The notes below the pieces were generated by a model that did not search any database, was not told the origin of the DNA, and saw only the letters and a program-made list of their open reading frames with translations. DNA of 64,000 bases from an uncultured virus (IMG/VR IMGVR_UViG_3300010362_000013). Lineage: Duplodnaviria; Heunggongvirae; Uroviricota; Caudoviricetes. How positions within the stretch are numbered: the first letter of the stretch is position 1; every line of letters begins with the position of its first letter. The stretch is from the IMG/VR virus record IMGVR_UViG_3300010362_000013; one strand, written 5' to 3'. Both the position numbers and the translations under genes were made by a program. Shown in pieces: positions 46,883 through 55,210 of this stretch.

Positions 46883-47146
46883 ATGGCAGTAAAAAAGCGC
46901 CGTCGCCGTCGGAAGCGTGGCACACCTCGACCGAAACAGAAGAGTACAGCTAAGGGCGTGAAGCGTCTCAAGGCTAGTGACTTCGTGTATCCGAAGACGC
47001 GCAAGTATCCGATCAATACGAAGAAGCGTGCTCGCGCGGCCTTGAGCTATGCCGCGCGCTCTGATACCGCTGGTAGCTACGCCACCGTTGCCAAGAAGGT
47101 CAGGCGCAAGTACCCCGGTATCAAGATCGGTGGGAAGAAAAAGTAA
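46883..47146 (+). CDS. Very basic small protein
   Basis: KKRRRRRKR N-terminus; DFVYPKTRKYPINTKKRARAALSY motif seen in phage head-associated proteins. Confidence 0.65.
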   Translation: MAVKKRRRRRKRGTPRPKQKSTAKGVKRLKASDFVYPKTRKYPINTKKRARAALSYAARSDTAGSYATVAKKVRRKYPGIKIGGKKK

Positions 47147-47149
47147 ATA

Positions 47150-47293
47150 ATGGCGAACTATACAAAAGGGAAAAAGAAGGCTGCGGCGGCGAAGAAAGGA
47201 CATAAGAATACGAGCCGTCGTAAGAGCCACAAGGGTGTTGTTTTGGCGGCGAGAGCACGCTGGAACAAGGGACCGATCAAGCGCAAGAAGTAG
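47150..47293 (+). CDS. Basic microprotein (47 aa)
   Basis: MANYTKGKKKAAAAKKGHKNTSRRKSHKGVVLAARARWNKGPIKRKK fills the gap between two genes exactly. Confidence 0.55.
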   Translation: MANYTKGKKKAAAAKKGHKNTSRRKSHKGVVLAARARWNKGPIKRKK

Positions 47294-47296
47294 CTA

Positions 47297-47899
47297 ATGT
47301 CGAATCCTTGCGGAGGAATCAACGGCTGTTGGCACACAGGACAGGTTGCTGTTGGCTACTACCCCTATGTAGTTATTGTTGATGAAGTTGAGGTCCGTGT
47401 CGCTGCTCATTTTGAGAGTCCTGTCGTCTTCGTGATGAAAAAGCGTCAACGCTTTGGCGTGCAATCCACTCGGAATCCAAACGAGAATGCTGTTCCAGCC
47501 CCACGCCCTGCACGCAGTGGTTTTCTTTGGGGCTATGGGAACAAAGAGGGGGCTTCTGGATGGATACCGGCTGTTGCCATTGGTCCTGACAATAGTGGCG
47601 AAGTATGGGCAGATGGCCCCGCCAATGCTGACTTTCAAGTCGGTGCTCAACTACCTCCGAAGGGACGCAAACCATCAAGCTGTAAGGGTGACCCGAGCGA
47701 TAGGATACGTGTCATCAAAGTTGCAGATACGTACTTGCGCTATGGTCCGCAAAGCACGCCTTATTACTACCTGTTGAAAGGCGATCGCGTTCGTGAGAAA
47801 TGGCGTGGTCGTGGACACTATATGTGTGTTCAGGTAGTCAAAAGCTCCGCCGCGCCGGTCGGTGCGCGCGGATGGATTCCGTACGCATCAGTAAAGTAG
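47297..47899 (+). CDS. Tandem SH3-like domain protein
   Basis: Two repeats ending SGWIP / RGWIP; YLRYGP...L.KGD.V. Confidence 0.6.
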   Translation: MSNPCGGINGCWHTGQVAVGYYPYVVIVDEVEVRVAAHFESPVVFVMKKRQRFGVQSTRNPNENAVPAPRPARSGFLWGYGNKEGASGWIPAVAIGPDNSGEVWADGPANADFQVGAQLPPKGRKPSSCKGDPSDRIRVIKVADTYLRYGPQSTPYYYLLKGDRVREKWRGRGHYMCVQVVKSSAAPVGARGWIPYASVK

Positions 47900-47908
47900 A
47901 AAGGAGTA

Positions 47909-48052
47909 ATGTTGACAGCCAAGAAGAGGGATCTTCCTGACGCCTTGCGTCAGAATGCTGACCGGCTCAAGCGCGGAGAGTCATTGCACAAGCAGAAAAC
48001 ACGCCCGCAGAAGCCGAAGATCAGGACGGCTAAGAACCGCAAGGGCGGATGA
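47909..48052 (+). CDS. Basic microprotein (47 aa)
   Basis: SD AAAGGAG; MLTAKKRDLPDALRQNADRLKRG...KNRKGG; ATGA coupled. Confidence 0.55.
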   Translation: MLTAKKRDLPDALRQNADRLKRGESLHKQKTRPQKPKIRTAKNRKGG

Positions 48053-48324
48053 CAGACGTTTCTGACATCATTGACGACGCAGATTTGGGTCGCATCGTCA
48101 AGATCTGTGAGGGCGGACTTGAACGCGAACGAGAGGGGGTCAATCCCGACGACAACAATTTCCGCCTCGACACATTCGCCATTGTGTGCGTGTGGGCGTG
48201 GGTGGATGAGGATGGCGACGAGTGCGAGGGTTATAGCGTGTGGTCAGAAACGCGCCGCAACCACGTCAAGCTTGGTGTCCTCAATGCTGGCATCCAAAGA
48301 CTGATAGAGAAAGAGGAATCATGA
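48049..48324 (+). CDS. Hypothetical protein
   Basis: Coupled, 91 aa. Confidence 0.55.
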   Translation: MTDVSDIIDDADLGRIVKICEGGLEREREGVNPDDNNFRLDTFAIVCVWAWVDEDGDECEGYSVWSETRRNHVKLGVLNAGIQRLIEKEES

Positions 48325-48479
48325 CAGAAGTGCCGGAAGGCTCTGACCAGCGCGAAGACGATCCGCGCGGCGAGGGTATCGAGGGCGGCGCGGGGTCCAC
48401 CGAGGGCGTCACCGAAACCGAGGACAAGATCTCGGGCAAGGATGCGCCAGAGGCAGCGCAGTCCGAAGAATCGGAGTAG
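48321..48479 (+). CDS. Acidic microprotein
   Basis: SD AGAGGA; MTEVPEGSDQRED... Confidence 0.5.
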   Translation: MTEVPEGSDQREDDPRGEGIEGGAGSTEGVTETEDKISGKDAPEAAQSEESE

Positions 48480-48483
48480 CGAC

Positions 48484-48528
48484 AAACGGGCACTGGTTAG
48501 GTTGCTATCCTTCCGGTGCCCGTTTTCT
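48484..48528 (+). terminator. Rho-independent terminator
   Basis: AAACGGGCACTGG...CCGGTGCCCGTTT followed by TCT, right after the stop. Confidence 0.6.
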
Positions 48529-48555
48529 ATCATCAAGGGGGCGTAATCGATCTCT

Positions 48556-48699
48556 TTGTCAACACTAACGAAATACATCCACGATCTGCTGGCAAGGCGA
48601 TGCGCGATCTGTCGCGGCGAGATTGACAGAAGCCAGCGCACAGTCGTTCTACGGGGGCGCGTAGCACATCGCAACTGCGTAATCAAGCGGCCCACTTGA
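48556..48699 (+). CDS. Zinc-finger microprotein (47 aa)
   Basis: TTG start; CAICRGEI...AHRNC. Confidence 0.45.
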   Translation: MSTLTKYIHDLLARRCAICRGEIDRSQRTVVLRGRVAHRNCVIKRPT

Positions 48700-48754
48700 C
48701 ATTTGTCATATATCCAGGGAGGATTAGGCGAATCTCACAGGGGAGAACAACACC

Positions 48755-49012
48755 GTGGCCGGATTGACACCCAAAGAAACACCACTGTTGTCACCAACAC
48801 CGGGTCGGTACTCGATCACGACACCGACAAGGCCAGCGCACCCAACATTCACAGCTTCTCAGGACGCCGGTGACGGCAAGGGTCCGTTGACAGGACGCAT
48901 GACAGTTGGCCCCGACAAAATCGGGCCAGCGCAACTCGGGCAGTACAGAGGAAAGCGCGTTTCCACGTCCCAGCCGTCACCTCTACGGTTGGTGCAGCGC
49001 AAGGTTCTCTGA
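48755..49012 (+). CDS. Hypothetical Pro/Thr-rich protein
   Basis: SD GGGGAG before GTG; weak support. Confidence 0.35.
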   Translation: MAGLTPKETPLLSPTPGRYSITTPTRPAHPTFTASQDAGDGKGPLTGRMTVGPDKIGPAQLGQYRGKRVSTSQPSPLRLVQRKVL

Positions 49013-49300
49013 GGACGCACTGTCTGGGTGGCGTGGACGACTAGACCGCTGCGGGATCGTCCCCCCTGAGATCACCGCAGCGGTCGGTCGCCCGCCCCGC
49101 ATACGAACGCCCCGCCCCGGAAGGACCGAGGGGGCAGGGCGCTCGCTTTCTCGCCGTATGGACGTTGATGCGTGCCCCTTAGCGGGAGCCGGGACCGTAT
49201 CACAACTGGCCGGAAGTAGTGCTTACCGAGTCAGGTTGCTAACCAACGCCTAAACGTTTTAGTTGCAACTGCAACAAACCCGCCTAAGCGGGCTTGTCAT
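49013..49300. ncRNA. Candidate structured RNA plus terminator at the strand-convergence point
   Basis: GACCGCTGCGG-GATC...GATC-ACCGCAGCGGTC stem, GCCCCGCCCC/GGGGCAGGGC stem, terminal ACAAACCCGC-CTAA-GCGGGCTTGT. Confidence 0.35.
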
Positions 49301-49646
49301 TATTATTGCGATTTTCTTCGAGCCACTTCTCGGCTTCGATGCGCCACTCACGGATCGCAAGCTTGTGTCGGCGCAGCGCGTGGTCAATTTTGTCACGCAG
49401 ACCGGATAGCGTCTCTGCGATGTCGCGCGCCGGATCATAAAGGGCAGGGTCTTCGCCGTAGTACAGGTCTAGCGCTTCTTGCTGGCCGCGAATGTTGTCA
49501 CGGTTCTCGTACAGGAGGCCAAGGATCAACTCGGCTTCCTCGATTACGTGAAGCTCGCGCTGCGTGAGAACGAGAGCAACGTCTTCGCGGCACCAGGCGG
49601 GCGAAGACGGGAAGGGGCGGCTTGGACCGCCAGTGTTGAAGGTCAT
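49284..49646 (-). CDS. Hypothetical protein
   Basis: Helical; start uncertain; preceded by hairpin GCACCGGGC...GCCCGGTGC at ~49658-49691. Confidence 0.5.
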   Translation of the reverse strand: MTFNTGGPSRPFPSSPAWCREDVALVLTQRELHVIEEAELILGLLYENRDNIRGQQEALDLYYGEDPALYDPARDIAETLSGLRDKIDHALRRHKLAIREWRIEAEKWLEENRNNNDKPA

Positions 49647-49708
49647 GTAGGCCAAGTCGCACCGGGCCATCGAGATCTGACAGCCCGGTGCAAGTTGGCG
49701 CGTTGCCG

Positions 49709-50368
49709 CTACTTCGGCTCGGGGACGTTGTAGTTGTCCACGCTGCCACCACCGCAAAGCGTGTAAAGACGCTTGAATTCAGGGTGGCCGGGAATGCGGA
49801 TGACGACGCTGGTCACGCCGCCGTCGAAGCCGGTGAAGTTCACACGGAACTGGTGCTTGGAGTTTACGCGCACGGTGCGCGTGACCTTGCCGACCTTGAC
49901 CTTGACGCGCGTCACCTTGTTGTATGCCTTGGGCAAGGTGACCATGAAGTTACGCTTGCTGCACTTCTTCTGCGTGTTGACGACTTTCGTAATTACTGTT
50001 GTCGTACCGGGAGCACCGGCTGGTCCTGCTGGTCCTGTCGCCCCTGTTGCTCCTGTCGGTCCCGTTGGTCCTGTGGGTCCAGTTGGGCCAGCAGGCCCTT
50101 GAGGACCGGACGGGCCGGGAGGCCCAGGTGGACCAGGCTCGGGCGGCGGGGGTGGTTTCTCCGGGCACTTCATATCGTCGTCAGGTGGCACGTCGCCTTC
50201 GTGCTTCCCGAAGTGCGCGGAGTCGAATGCCACAGTCAGCAGGACAAACTTGTTGTCGTCCGCTCTGTGGCAAATCATTTCCTTGTCTTGCGTTGCCGAC
50301 CCAACGGTCGGTGTCACTAATACTGCGCCCACGGCGATGATCGCCGCCCCCACAAGCAGCCTCTTCAT
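49709..50368 (-). CDS. Secreted collagen-like protein
   Basis: Signal peptide MKRLLVGAAIIAVGAVLV..., ICH...H..H.GD domain, GPT repeats, C-terminal CSKRNF...RLYTLC domain; SD AAGGAGGG. Confidence 0.75.
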   Translation of the reverse strand: MKRLLVGAAIIAVGAVLVTPTVGSATQDKEMICHRADDNKFVLLTVAFDSAHFGKHEGDVPPDDDMKCPEKPPPPPEPGPPGPPGPSGPQGPAGPTGPTGPTGPTGATGATGPAGPAGAPGTTTVITKVVNTQKKCSKRNFMVTLPKAYNKVTRVKVKVGKVTRTVRVNSKHQFRVNFTGFDGGVTSVVIRIPGHPEFKRLYTLCGGGSVDNYNVPEPK

Positions 50369-50419
50369 GGGCTGCCCTCCTTACTAGAGGTTGATGAAGG
50401 CGGCGATCATACTTACTTG

Positions 50420-50620
50420 CTACACCTCGTTCCAGCCCCGCTCTTCGGCCTCCTCGTCGTTGACCTTCTCGTAGTGGTCAACGTCGGTGTCGATGATCTC
50501 ATGCGGGAAGCTGTTGTTGCGCATCACGCTTTCAAGCATCGTGAGTTGGTTGCACGCTTCTTCGGCTTCCTTCTCGTCCTTTACATCAAGGACAATTTCG
50601 GTGATTACTTTGACAAGCAT
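50420..50620 (-). CDS. Hypothetical acidic protein
   Basis: 66 aa; SD AAAGGT. Confidence 0.55.
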   Translation of the reverse strand: MLVKVITEIVLDVKDEKEAEEACNQLTMLESVMRNNSFPHEIIDTDVDHYEKVNDEEAEERGWNEV

Positions 50621-50628
50621 ATTACCTT

Positions 50629-50820
50629 TCAGTAGTCCTTCACGGTGAACGACACAGCCAGATCGCGCAGGAACTTGGCACGCTCAGCAGGGATCTGCAC
50701 TCCGTTGGTCGTGCGCGGGACGGCTGAGAAGCGCAGGCTTAGGCGCTTGCGAACGCACTTGCGCAGATAGCGCGTCTCAGCTTCGGTCAGATTGAGGTGT
50801 GTTGTTGTGGCAACAGTCAT
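50629..50820 (-). CDS. Hypothetical protein
   Basis: MTVATTTHLNLTEAE...; ATGA coupled. Confidence 0.5.
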   Translation of the reverse strand: MTVATTTHLNLTEAETRYLRKCVRKRLSLRFSAVPRTTNGVQIPAERAKFLRDLAVSFTVKDY

Positions 50821-51245
50821 GCTGCGTTTGCGTAGTTGTATGGATTGAGCGCGTTGCCGAAACTGAGGATGTGGTGCAGGGCATTTCGGAACTCGCCCTG
50901 CGTCGCCTGACAGCCAAAGCGCAGGTTCCAGCGCTTGCACATCGCTCCGATCTCTTCGACGGACTCCGGGGGCAGCGAGTAGATCACCGGCTGCCACACG
51001 ACCGGGATGCGAAGGTGGTATTCGCCACCGTCGTTGTACTGCTCCCAATCGCCATTGCTGATACCGAACAGGTACAGACCTCGACCGCCGTGCCCGCCCA
51101 TCGCGATCATCGGCGTGCCGTAGGGAATCTCGATCTGCTCGCTCATCTTCCAGTAGTATCCGGCGTCAACGATGGTATACATATCGTAGAGCGCCTGTTC
51201 CTTCTGAGGCATGTTACGAGTATTGACTCGAACAATGCGGTACAT
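50817..51245 (-). CDS. Hypothetical protein
   Basis: SD AGGAGGT before MYRIVRV; promoter TGGTATGATCCC at 51328-51339 (minus). Confidence 0.6.
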   Translation of the reverse strand: MYRIVRVNTRNMPQKEQALYDMYTIVDAGYYWKMSEQIEIPYGTPMIAMGGHGGRGLYLFGISNGDWEQYNDGGEYHLRIPVVWQPVIYSLPPESVEEIGAMCKRWNLRFGCQATQGEFRNALHHILSFGNALNPYNYANAA

Positions 51246-51438
51246 CCCTACCTCCTGTTGTTGTATGGATATTGTCAACGATGCGGGACACAGCCTCTCC
51301 TCATATATGCCCGCTGTGCCCCGCGTTGGGATCATACCACACTTACGCCGGACGGTTGCTAGTCACTTCCCGCCCGACAAATGCCCGCTACTGGGAAACC
51401 AACCGGAACCCTGACTAGAGGCATGGCAAGTTTAGTGC

Positions 51439-51525
51439 GTGGTTACGCGGTTACGCTTTGCGCCCCCATTTGCTGCCGAGAGGAGGCCCGGATGGTGCCC
51501 CCGGAAAGCGTAACCACGTAACCAC
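51439..51525. repeat. 21-bp inverted repeat of tandem GTAACC units, candidate replication origin
   Basis: GTGGTTACGCGGTTACGCTTT (51439-59) versus AAAGCGTAACCACGTAACCAC (51505-25), 20/21 complementary, just downstream of the DUF3631 gene. Confidence 0.7.
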
Positions 51526-51546
51526 TTTGTGACATCAATGTTGTCA

Positions 51547-52968
51547 CTACTCCTTGATGTAGCGACTCCAAGCGTCCTCGAATTGCTTGCGTCGGTACCC
51601 GGCCTTGAGCGCGTTGCCGCTTTTGCGCCCTCCGACACGGAGGCGCGTGCTCTTGATGCGTGGGCCACCGGGATACTCCACGAACTCATGCAGTATGCGC
51701 GCGAGCTTGTGCTGGTTCAGCCCCATCGTGCGCCACGGTGATTCCTCCTGCCGCAACAGTGCTGCCACCAAATCCTCCGAGTAAATCACTTGCTTGCCTC
51801 GGAAGACGTGCTTGATGTCATGCAGTAGTAGTTCGGGATTCGACAGTGAGTCAGCTTTTTTCATGTTGTTGCGGAGCTTGACCATTGCTTCGCGCGCCTT
51901 GGTCGGCCACTCACCACCGGCAATATCAGCAATGGCGAGAAGTGGCTCCGCAATGTCCTGCCCACGGTCATCGATTGCGGAAGGTAGATCCGGCTCTGCT
52001 GACAATAATGTTTCCATGTGGCGCTCAGCGAAGGCACCGAGCCGCATTTGCAGCATCATGCACTCACGCTCAAGCTGGCGGCGATCCTTCGGCGTCAGGC
52101 GCAACGGCTTTTCATTCTCCTTGGCGCGCGTCATATCGAGCCGAAACGAACGGTCGGCCACGGTCGCCGGAAGTTCGGTCAGACCGGCCATCACCTTCGG
52201 TGCGAACGTGAACTTGACAACACCCTTAGCGCGAATGATCGGGTTGCCACGCTGGAATCCATTGTTGACATACTCACGTAGCACCGGCCAGCGCTCGTAG
52301 GCTGAGTCGATCTCATCCCAGAGGAACGTCGGCGGCTCTTGCCCGAAGACAGCGGCCATTGTGATGTAGTCAGCAATAGCGGCAGGCGTCGGGTCGCTCA
52401 TCCGCATTGGGCGAGCGACAAGGTAGCCGAGGATGTCCAGCACGCGGCTCTTACCCTCGCGTGGCAGCGCTGATCGCAAATGAATGTAAGGCGTGTATTC
52501 AGCCGCGCGCAGGCACCACGTATGCACGATCCATAGCGCGAGCACGATTGCCTCTTCGCGCCCGATGAAGATGTACTTACGAATTACCGTGTCAATGATG
52601 CTGTCAAGCATCGCAGCATCGTCGGTGTCCGGCTTGCTTGTGAGCGCCGCCACGCCGAGAAACTGATAGATCTCGTCCATCAGCATTGATGCGCCTTCGT
52701 CGTATTCCTTTGCGCGCTGCTTACGACGCTTATTCTCCTCGTCGCTCACTTCAGTAGTGATGACTTCACGTTCACCGTGAAACTCACAATCTTTCGTGCC
52801 ACAGTGGCGCATCCACCGATCCTGATCGGTATCGCGCACACAACGACAAAGCGCCTGGCGATTGCAGGCGCAGGTGAAGAAGAAGATGTCCGGCTTGGTT
52901 TGGCTCCACGAACCGTCCTGTTCGTAGAGCGCCGCCACCTCTGGCGGCAAATCATCAGGAAATGTCAC
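51547..52968 (-). CDS. DUF3631-type replication protein (primase-associated ATPase + winged helix)
   Basis: LALW..HTW......TPY......PREGKSR.L, PT.L.DEID, NNG...G, FAPK.MAG...LP.T..DRS, DR..D...PL.AIAD.AGG.WP..AR.A, GY.R..FEDAWSRY. Confidence 0.8.
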   Translation of the reverse strand: MTFPDDLPPEVAALYEQDGSWSQTKPDIFFFTCACNRQALCRCVRDTDQDRWMRHCGTKDCEFHGEREVITTEVSDEENKRRKQRAKEYDEGASMLMDEIYQFLGVAALTSKPDTDDAAMLDSIIDTVIRKYIFIGREEAIVLALWIVHTWCLRAAEYTPYIHLRSALPREGKSRVLDILGYLVARPMRMSDPTPAAIADYITMAAVFGQEPPTFLWDEIDSAYERWPVLREYVNNGFQRGNPIIRAKGVVKFTFAPKVMAGLTELPATVADRSFRLDMTRAKENEKPLRLTPKDRRQLERECMMLQMRLGAFAERHMETLLSAEPDLPSAIDDRGQDIAEPLLAIADIAGGEWPTKAREAMVKLRNNMKKADSLSNPELLLHDIKHVFRGKQVIYSEDLVAALLRQEESPWRTMGLNQHKLARILHEFVEYPGGPRIKSTRLRVGGRKSGNALKAGYRRKQFEDAWSRYIKE

Positions 52969-53057
52969 TACTAGTCCCTTCTGTCGTCGTCACTGCTGTC
53001 AACGGTACTGCCAACGGAAGCGCCCCCACTTATTCAGCAGGGGCGCTTGCCATTGTA

Positions 53058-53588
53058 CTACTTCGCGCTACGGATACGGGGGCGCTTGGCTCCCGTGTTC
53101 TTGCTCTGCGTGCGCTTCGTGCTCGCCGTGCTCTTCGCTGTGGAAGTCTTGCGCGCGCTCGCCTTGCTGGCGCTCGCGCCGTTGCCGCGACCGGCGAACT
53201 CGCCCATCTTGTAGAGCCACTGACGGCTGATGCCCGACACCTCGCTCACGCGGGCCATCGGGACACCGCCCTCAAGCGCTGCCTTCGCCGCGTCGTGAAG
53301 AGCGTTGACGGTCGCCTTGTGCGCCTCTTCGGCCTTCTTGCGGAGCTTGCCCGCCTTCTCCACGTCTGCGAGCAGGCGCTTCATCGTGCGGTCATCGGTC
53401 TGCGGGACTGCCGAACGCCGACCGCGCGTAGTAGCCTGCGGCTCCGAGCGCTTGCGAGTGCTCGCGGCGCGAGAACCGGTCGTGCGCTTGGTGCCAGCCG
53501 TCTTGCGTGCGGGCTTGGCGGTGGACTTGCGGGTACTACGCTTCGGAGCCTCGTCCTTTGCGGACTTGCCCCTGATGCTGACTGCCAT
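53058..53588 (-). CDS. Histone H1-like basic protein with central HTH
   Basis: K/R/S/T/A-rich termini; ALEGGVPMARVSEVSGISRQWLYK. Confidence 0.7.
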   Translation of the reverse strand: MAVSIRGKSAKDEAPKRSTRKSTAKPARKTAGTKRTTGSRAASTRKRSEPQATTRGRRSAVPQTDDRTMKRLLADVEKAGKLRKKAEEAHKATVNALHDAAKAALEGGVPMARVSEVSGISRQWLYKMGEFAGRGNGASASKASARKTSTAKSTASTKRTQSKNTGAKRPRIRSAK

Positions 53589-53650
53589 CTGCTTTGACCT
53601 CCTAGGTCGGTTTGGGTTTGGTGCTGCTGGGTACTACGGGAGACACTATA

Positions 53651-53685
53651 GCCGACACCCTACACTCTTGTCGGCAGTTCGTCAA
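53651..53685 (-). promoter_or_regulatory. Sigma70-type promoter TTGACG-17-TAGGGT overlapped by inverted repeat GCCGACA/TGTCGGC
   Basis: -35 at 53680-85, -10 at 53657-62 (minus); inverted repeat 53651-57/53669-75. Confidence 0.55.
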
Positions 53686-53692
53686 GACTACT

Positions 53693-53866
53693 TTAGCCGA
53701 TGCTGACGATGATGGCGATGATGCCGCCTAGCAGCGCCAGAAACGGGAGCACAGCCAATAGCTCGGCTATGTGCTCGGTGTTGTGATGCATACGGTGAGG
53801 GCGTGTCTCGGGGAAACCACATCGCCGCGACCATGCCTCATATGCCTCGCGTTCCTCGGGCGTCAT
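53693..53866 (-). CDS. Small membrane protein (57 aa)
   Basis: C-terminal LLAVLPFLALLGGIIAIIVSIG; ATGA coupled. Confidence 0.55.
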   Translation of the reverse strand: MTPEEREAYEAWSRRCGFPETRPHRMHHNTEHIAELLAVLPFLALLGGIIAIIVSIG

Positions 53867-54063
53867 CGAGCTTGTGACCTGACGGCGCGGTAGGCGTCTT
53901 CAATCTCTTCGCACAACTCGGCGGCGAGCGGGAAGTTCTTTACGTCCTTCCAGTTTGTGTAATCTGCTTTGAGTGCGCTTAGGATCGTGTTCACTTGCTC
54001 GTCTGTCAGCGTGACGTGATGCTTCTTATCAACGGGCGTCACTCCCGTCGTTCCAGATGCCAT
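53863..54063 (-). CDS. Hypothetical protein
   Basis: SD AAGGA before MASGTT. Confidence 0.5.
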   Translation of the reverse strand: MASGTTGVTPVDKKHHVTLTDEQVNTILSALKADYTNWKDVKNFPLAAELCEEIEDAYRAVRSQAR

Positions 54064-54070
54064 GTATTCC

Positions 54071-54604
54071 TTAGTCGTCGGTGTTGTCAATGTGCTTCTT
54101 GCGCTTGCGGCGCTCAGCGAGAGCCTGTTCCTCGCGGATGCGCAGGCGTTCCTCGGGCGTGGGAATGCCCTCGGCCTTCAACTGCTTGTAGAAGCGCTCG
54201 ATCAGTGCCTTGGAGAAGTCAACCTGTGAGATATTGACTCCCATGTGCTTTGCGACGGCGGCAGGCTCGGCCATTCGTCCGCTGTCATGGAGATCATGCA
54301 TCCACGATCCATAGCGATTGTTGAACACGTAGGTTCTATCGCCATTGGTGACGCTGACTTCGCCCCACGGTCGTCCATTGCGCCCCTCATGGATACGGGC
54401 GCTGTGGTAGAGGATGCCGCCGAGATTGAAGTCAAGCTTGCTGCTAATTTTCACGCGCTTTGAGTGACGCTTGCGTGCTGCGGCAATGCCGCCGCTTTTG
54501 CTCTGCTGCTTCGCTGCGCGTAGTGCAGCAATGCTGCGTGGCTTTTCGACCGTGCCGTTCTGACGCTCCTTGTGCTTGGCGAGTGCGTCACGGAGTCCAG
54601 CCAT
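54071..54604 (-). CDS. Hypothetical basic protein
   Basis: SD AAGGAG before MAGLRDAL. Confidence 0.6.
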   Translation of the reverse strand: MAGLRDALAKHKERQNGTVEKPRSIAALRAAKQQSKSGGIAAARKRHSKRVKISSKLDFNLGGILYHSARIHEGRNGRPWGEVSVTNGDRTYVFNNRYGSWMHDLHDSGRMAEPAAVAKHMGVNISQVDFSKALIERFYKQLKAEGIPTPEERLRIREEQALAERRKRKKHIDNTDD

Positions 54605-54605
54605 G

Positions 54606-54737
54606 TCAAGACTCCTTCGGCTTCTTGAGTTGCTTGCGCTTGTGGACCGGCTGAACGCCACTGCGCTTCTTCTCGGCCTGCACGGCGCGGTGGTGCTTTG
54701 CCGCCTTCCACTTCGCCGTTCGCTGCTTTCGCTTCAT
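54606..54737 (-). CDS. Basic microprotein (43 aa)
   Basis: MKRKQRTAKWKAAKHHRAVQAEKKRSG...; SD CAGGAG; directly behind a consensus-like promoter. Confidence 0.55.
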   Translation of the reverse strand: MKRKQRTAKWKAAKHHRAVQAEKKRSGVQPVHKRKQLKKPKES

Positions 54738-54763
54738 CGCTCTCCTGTCGTCGTCGGGTTGGC

Positions 54764-54795
54764 GGGATCATACAGAACTTCACTGGCTACGTCAA
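54764..54795 (-). promoter_or_regulatory. Sigma70-type promoter TTGACG-17-TATGAT
   Basis: -35 at 54790-95, -10 at 54767-72 on the minus strand. Confidence 0.7.
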
Positions 54796-55035
54796 CTCCC
54801 TTGTCAGGGCCTCGGGCCGGATGCCAAGGTGCTCAGCAATCCGCATTGCCTCGCGGAACTTGAGGCTCCGTTCGCCGTTCTCGACGCGGCTCAATTGCGT
54901 CGGGTCCATATCGGCAAGCTCGGCTAATTCCTCCTGCGTCAGCCCGTAGCGGTGGCGCAGATCACGAACGTTCGTGCCGATCAGCCAGTCGAACGCGCGA
55001 TGTCTGTTGAGCCGAGTGTCGTCAAGCGCTGGCAC
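54787..55035 (-). CDS. XRE/Cro-family HTH regulator
   Basis: IGTNVRDLR...GLTQEELAE......QLSRVENGER......IAEHLG. Confidence 0.85.
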   Translation of the reverse strand: MPALDDTRLNRHRAFDWLIGTNVRDLRHRYGLTQEELAELADMDPTQLSRVENGERSLKFREAMRIAEHLGIRPEALTRELT

Positions 55036-55210
55036 GGTTTCTCACCCTCTCGGGGATGCGCGCCGTCTTGAAGCAGTAGGTACAGGCTCGCGTGGCGAGG
55101 CCACCAAACGGCCAGCGATAGCTCACGATCGCATGCCCACCGCAGTCTGCGTGAGGACAGATGATCTTCCACTGCTTCATGGACAACCGCTGTACCCGCC
55201 ACTCACGCAT
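55022..55210 (-). CDS. Zinc-ribbon microprotein
   Basis: CPHADC...CTYCFK. Confidence 0.55.
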   Translation of the reverse strand: MREWRVQRLSMKQWKIICPHADCGGHAIVSYRWPFGGLATRACTYCFKTARIPERVRNRASA

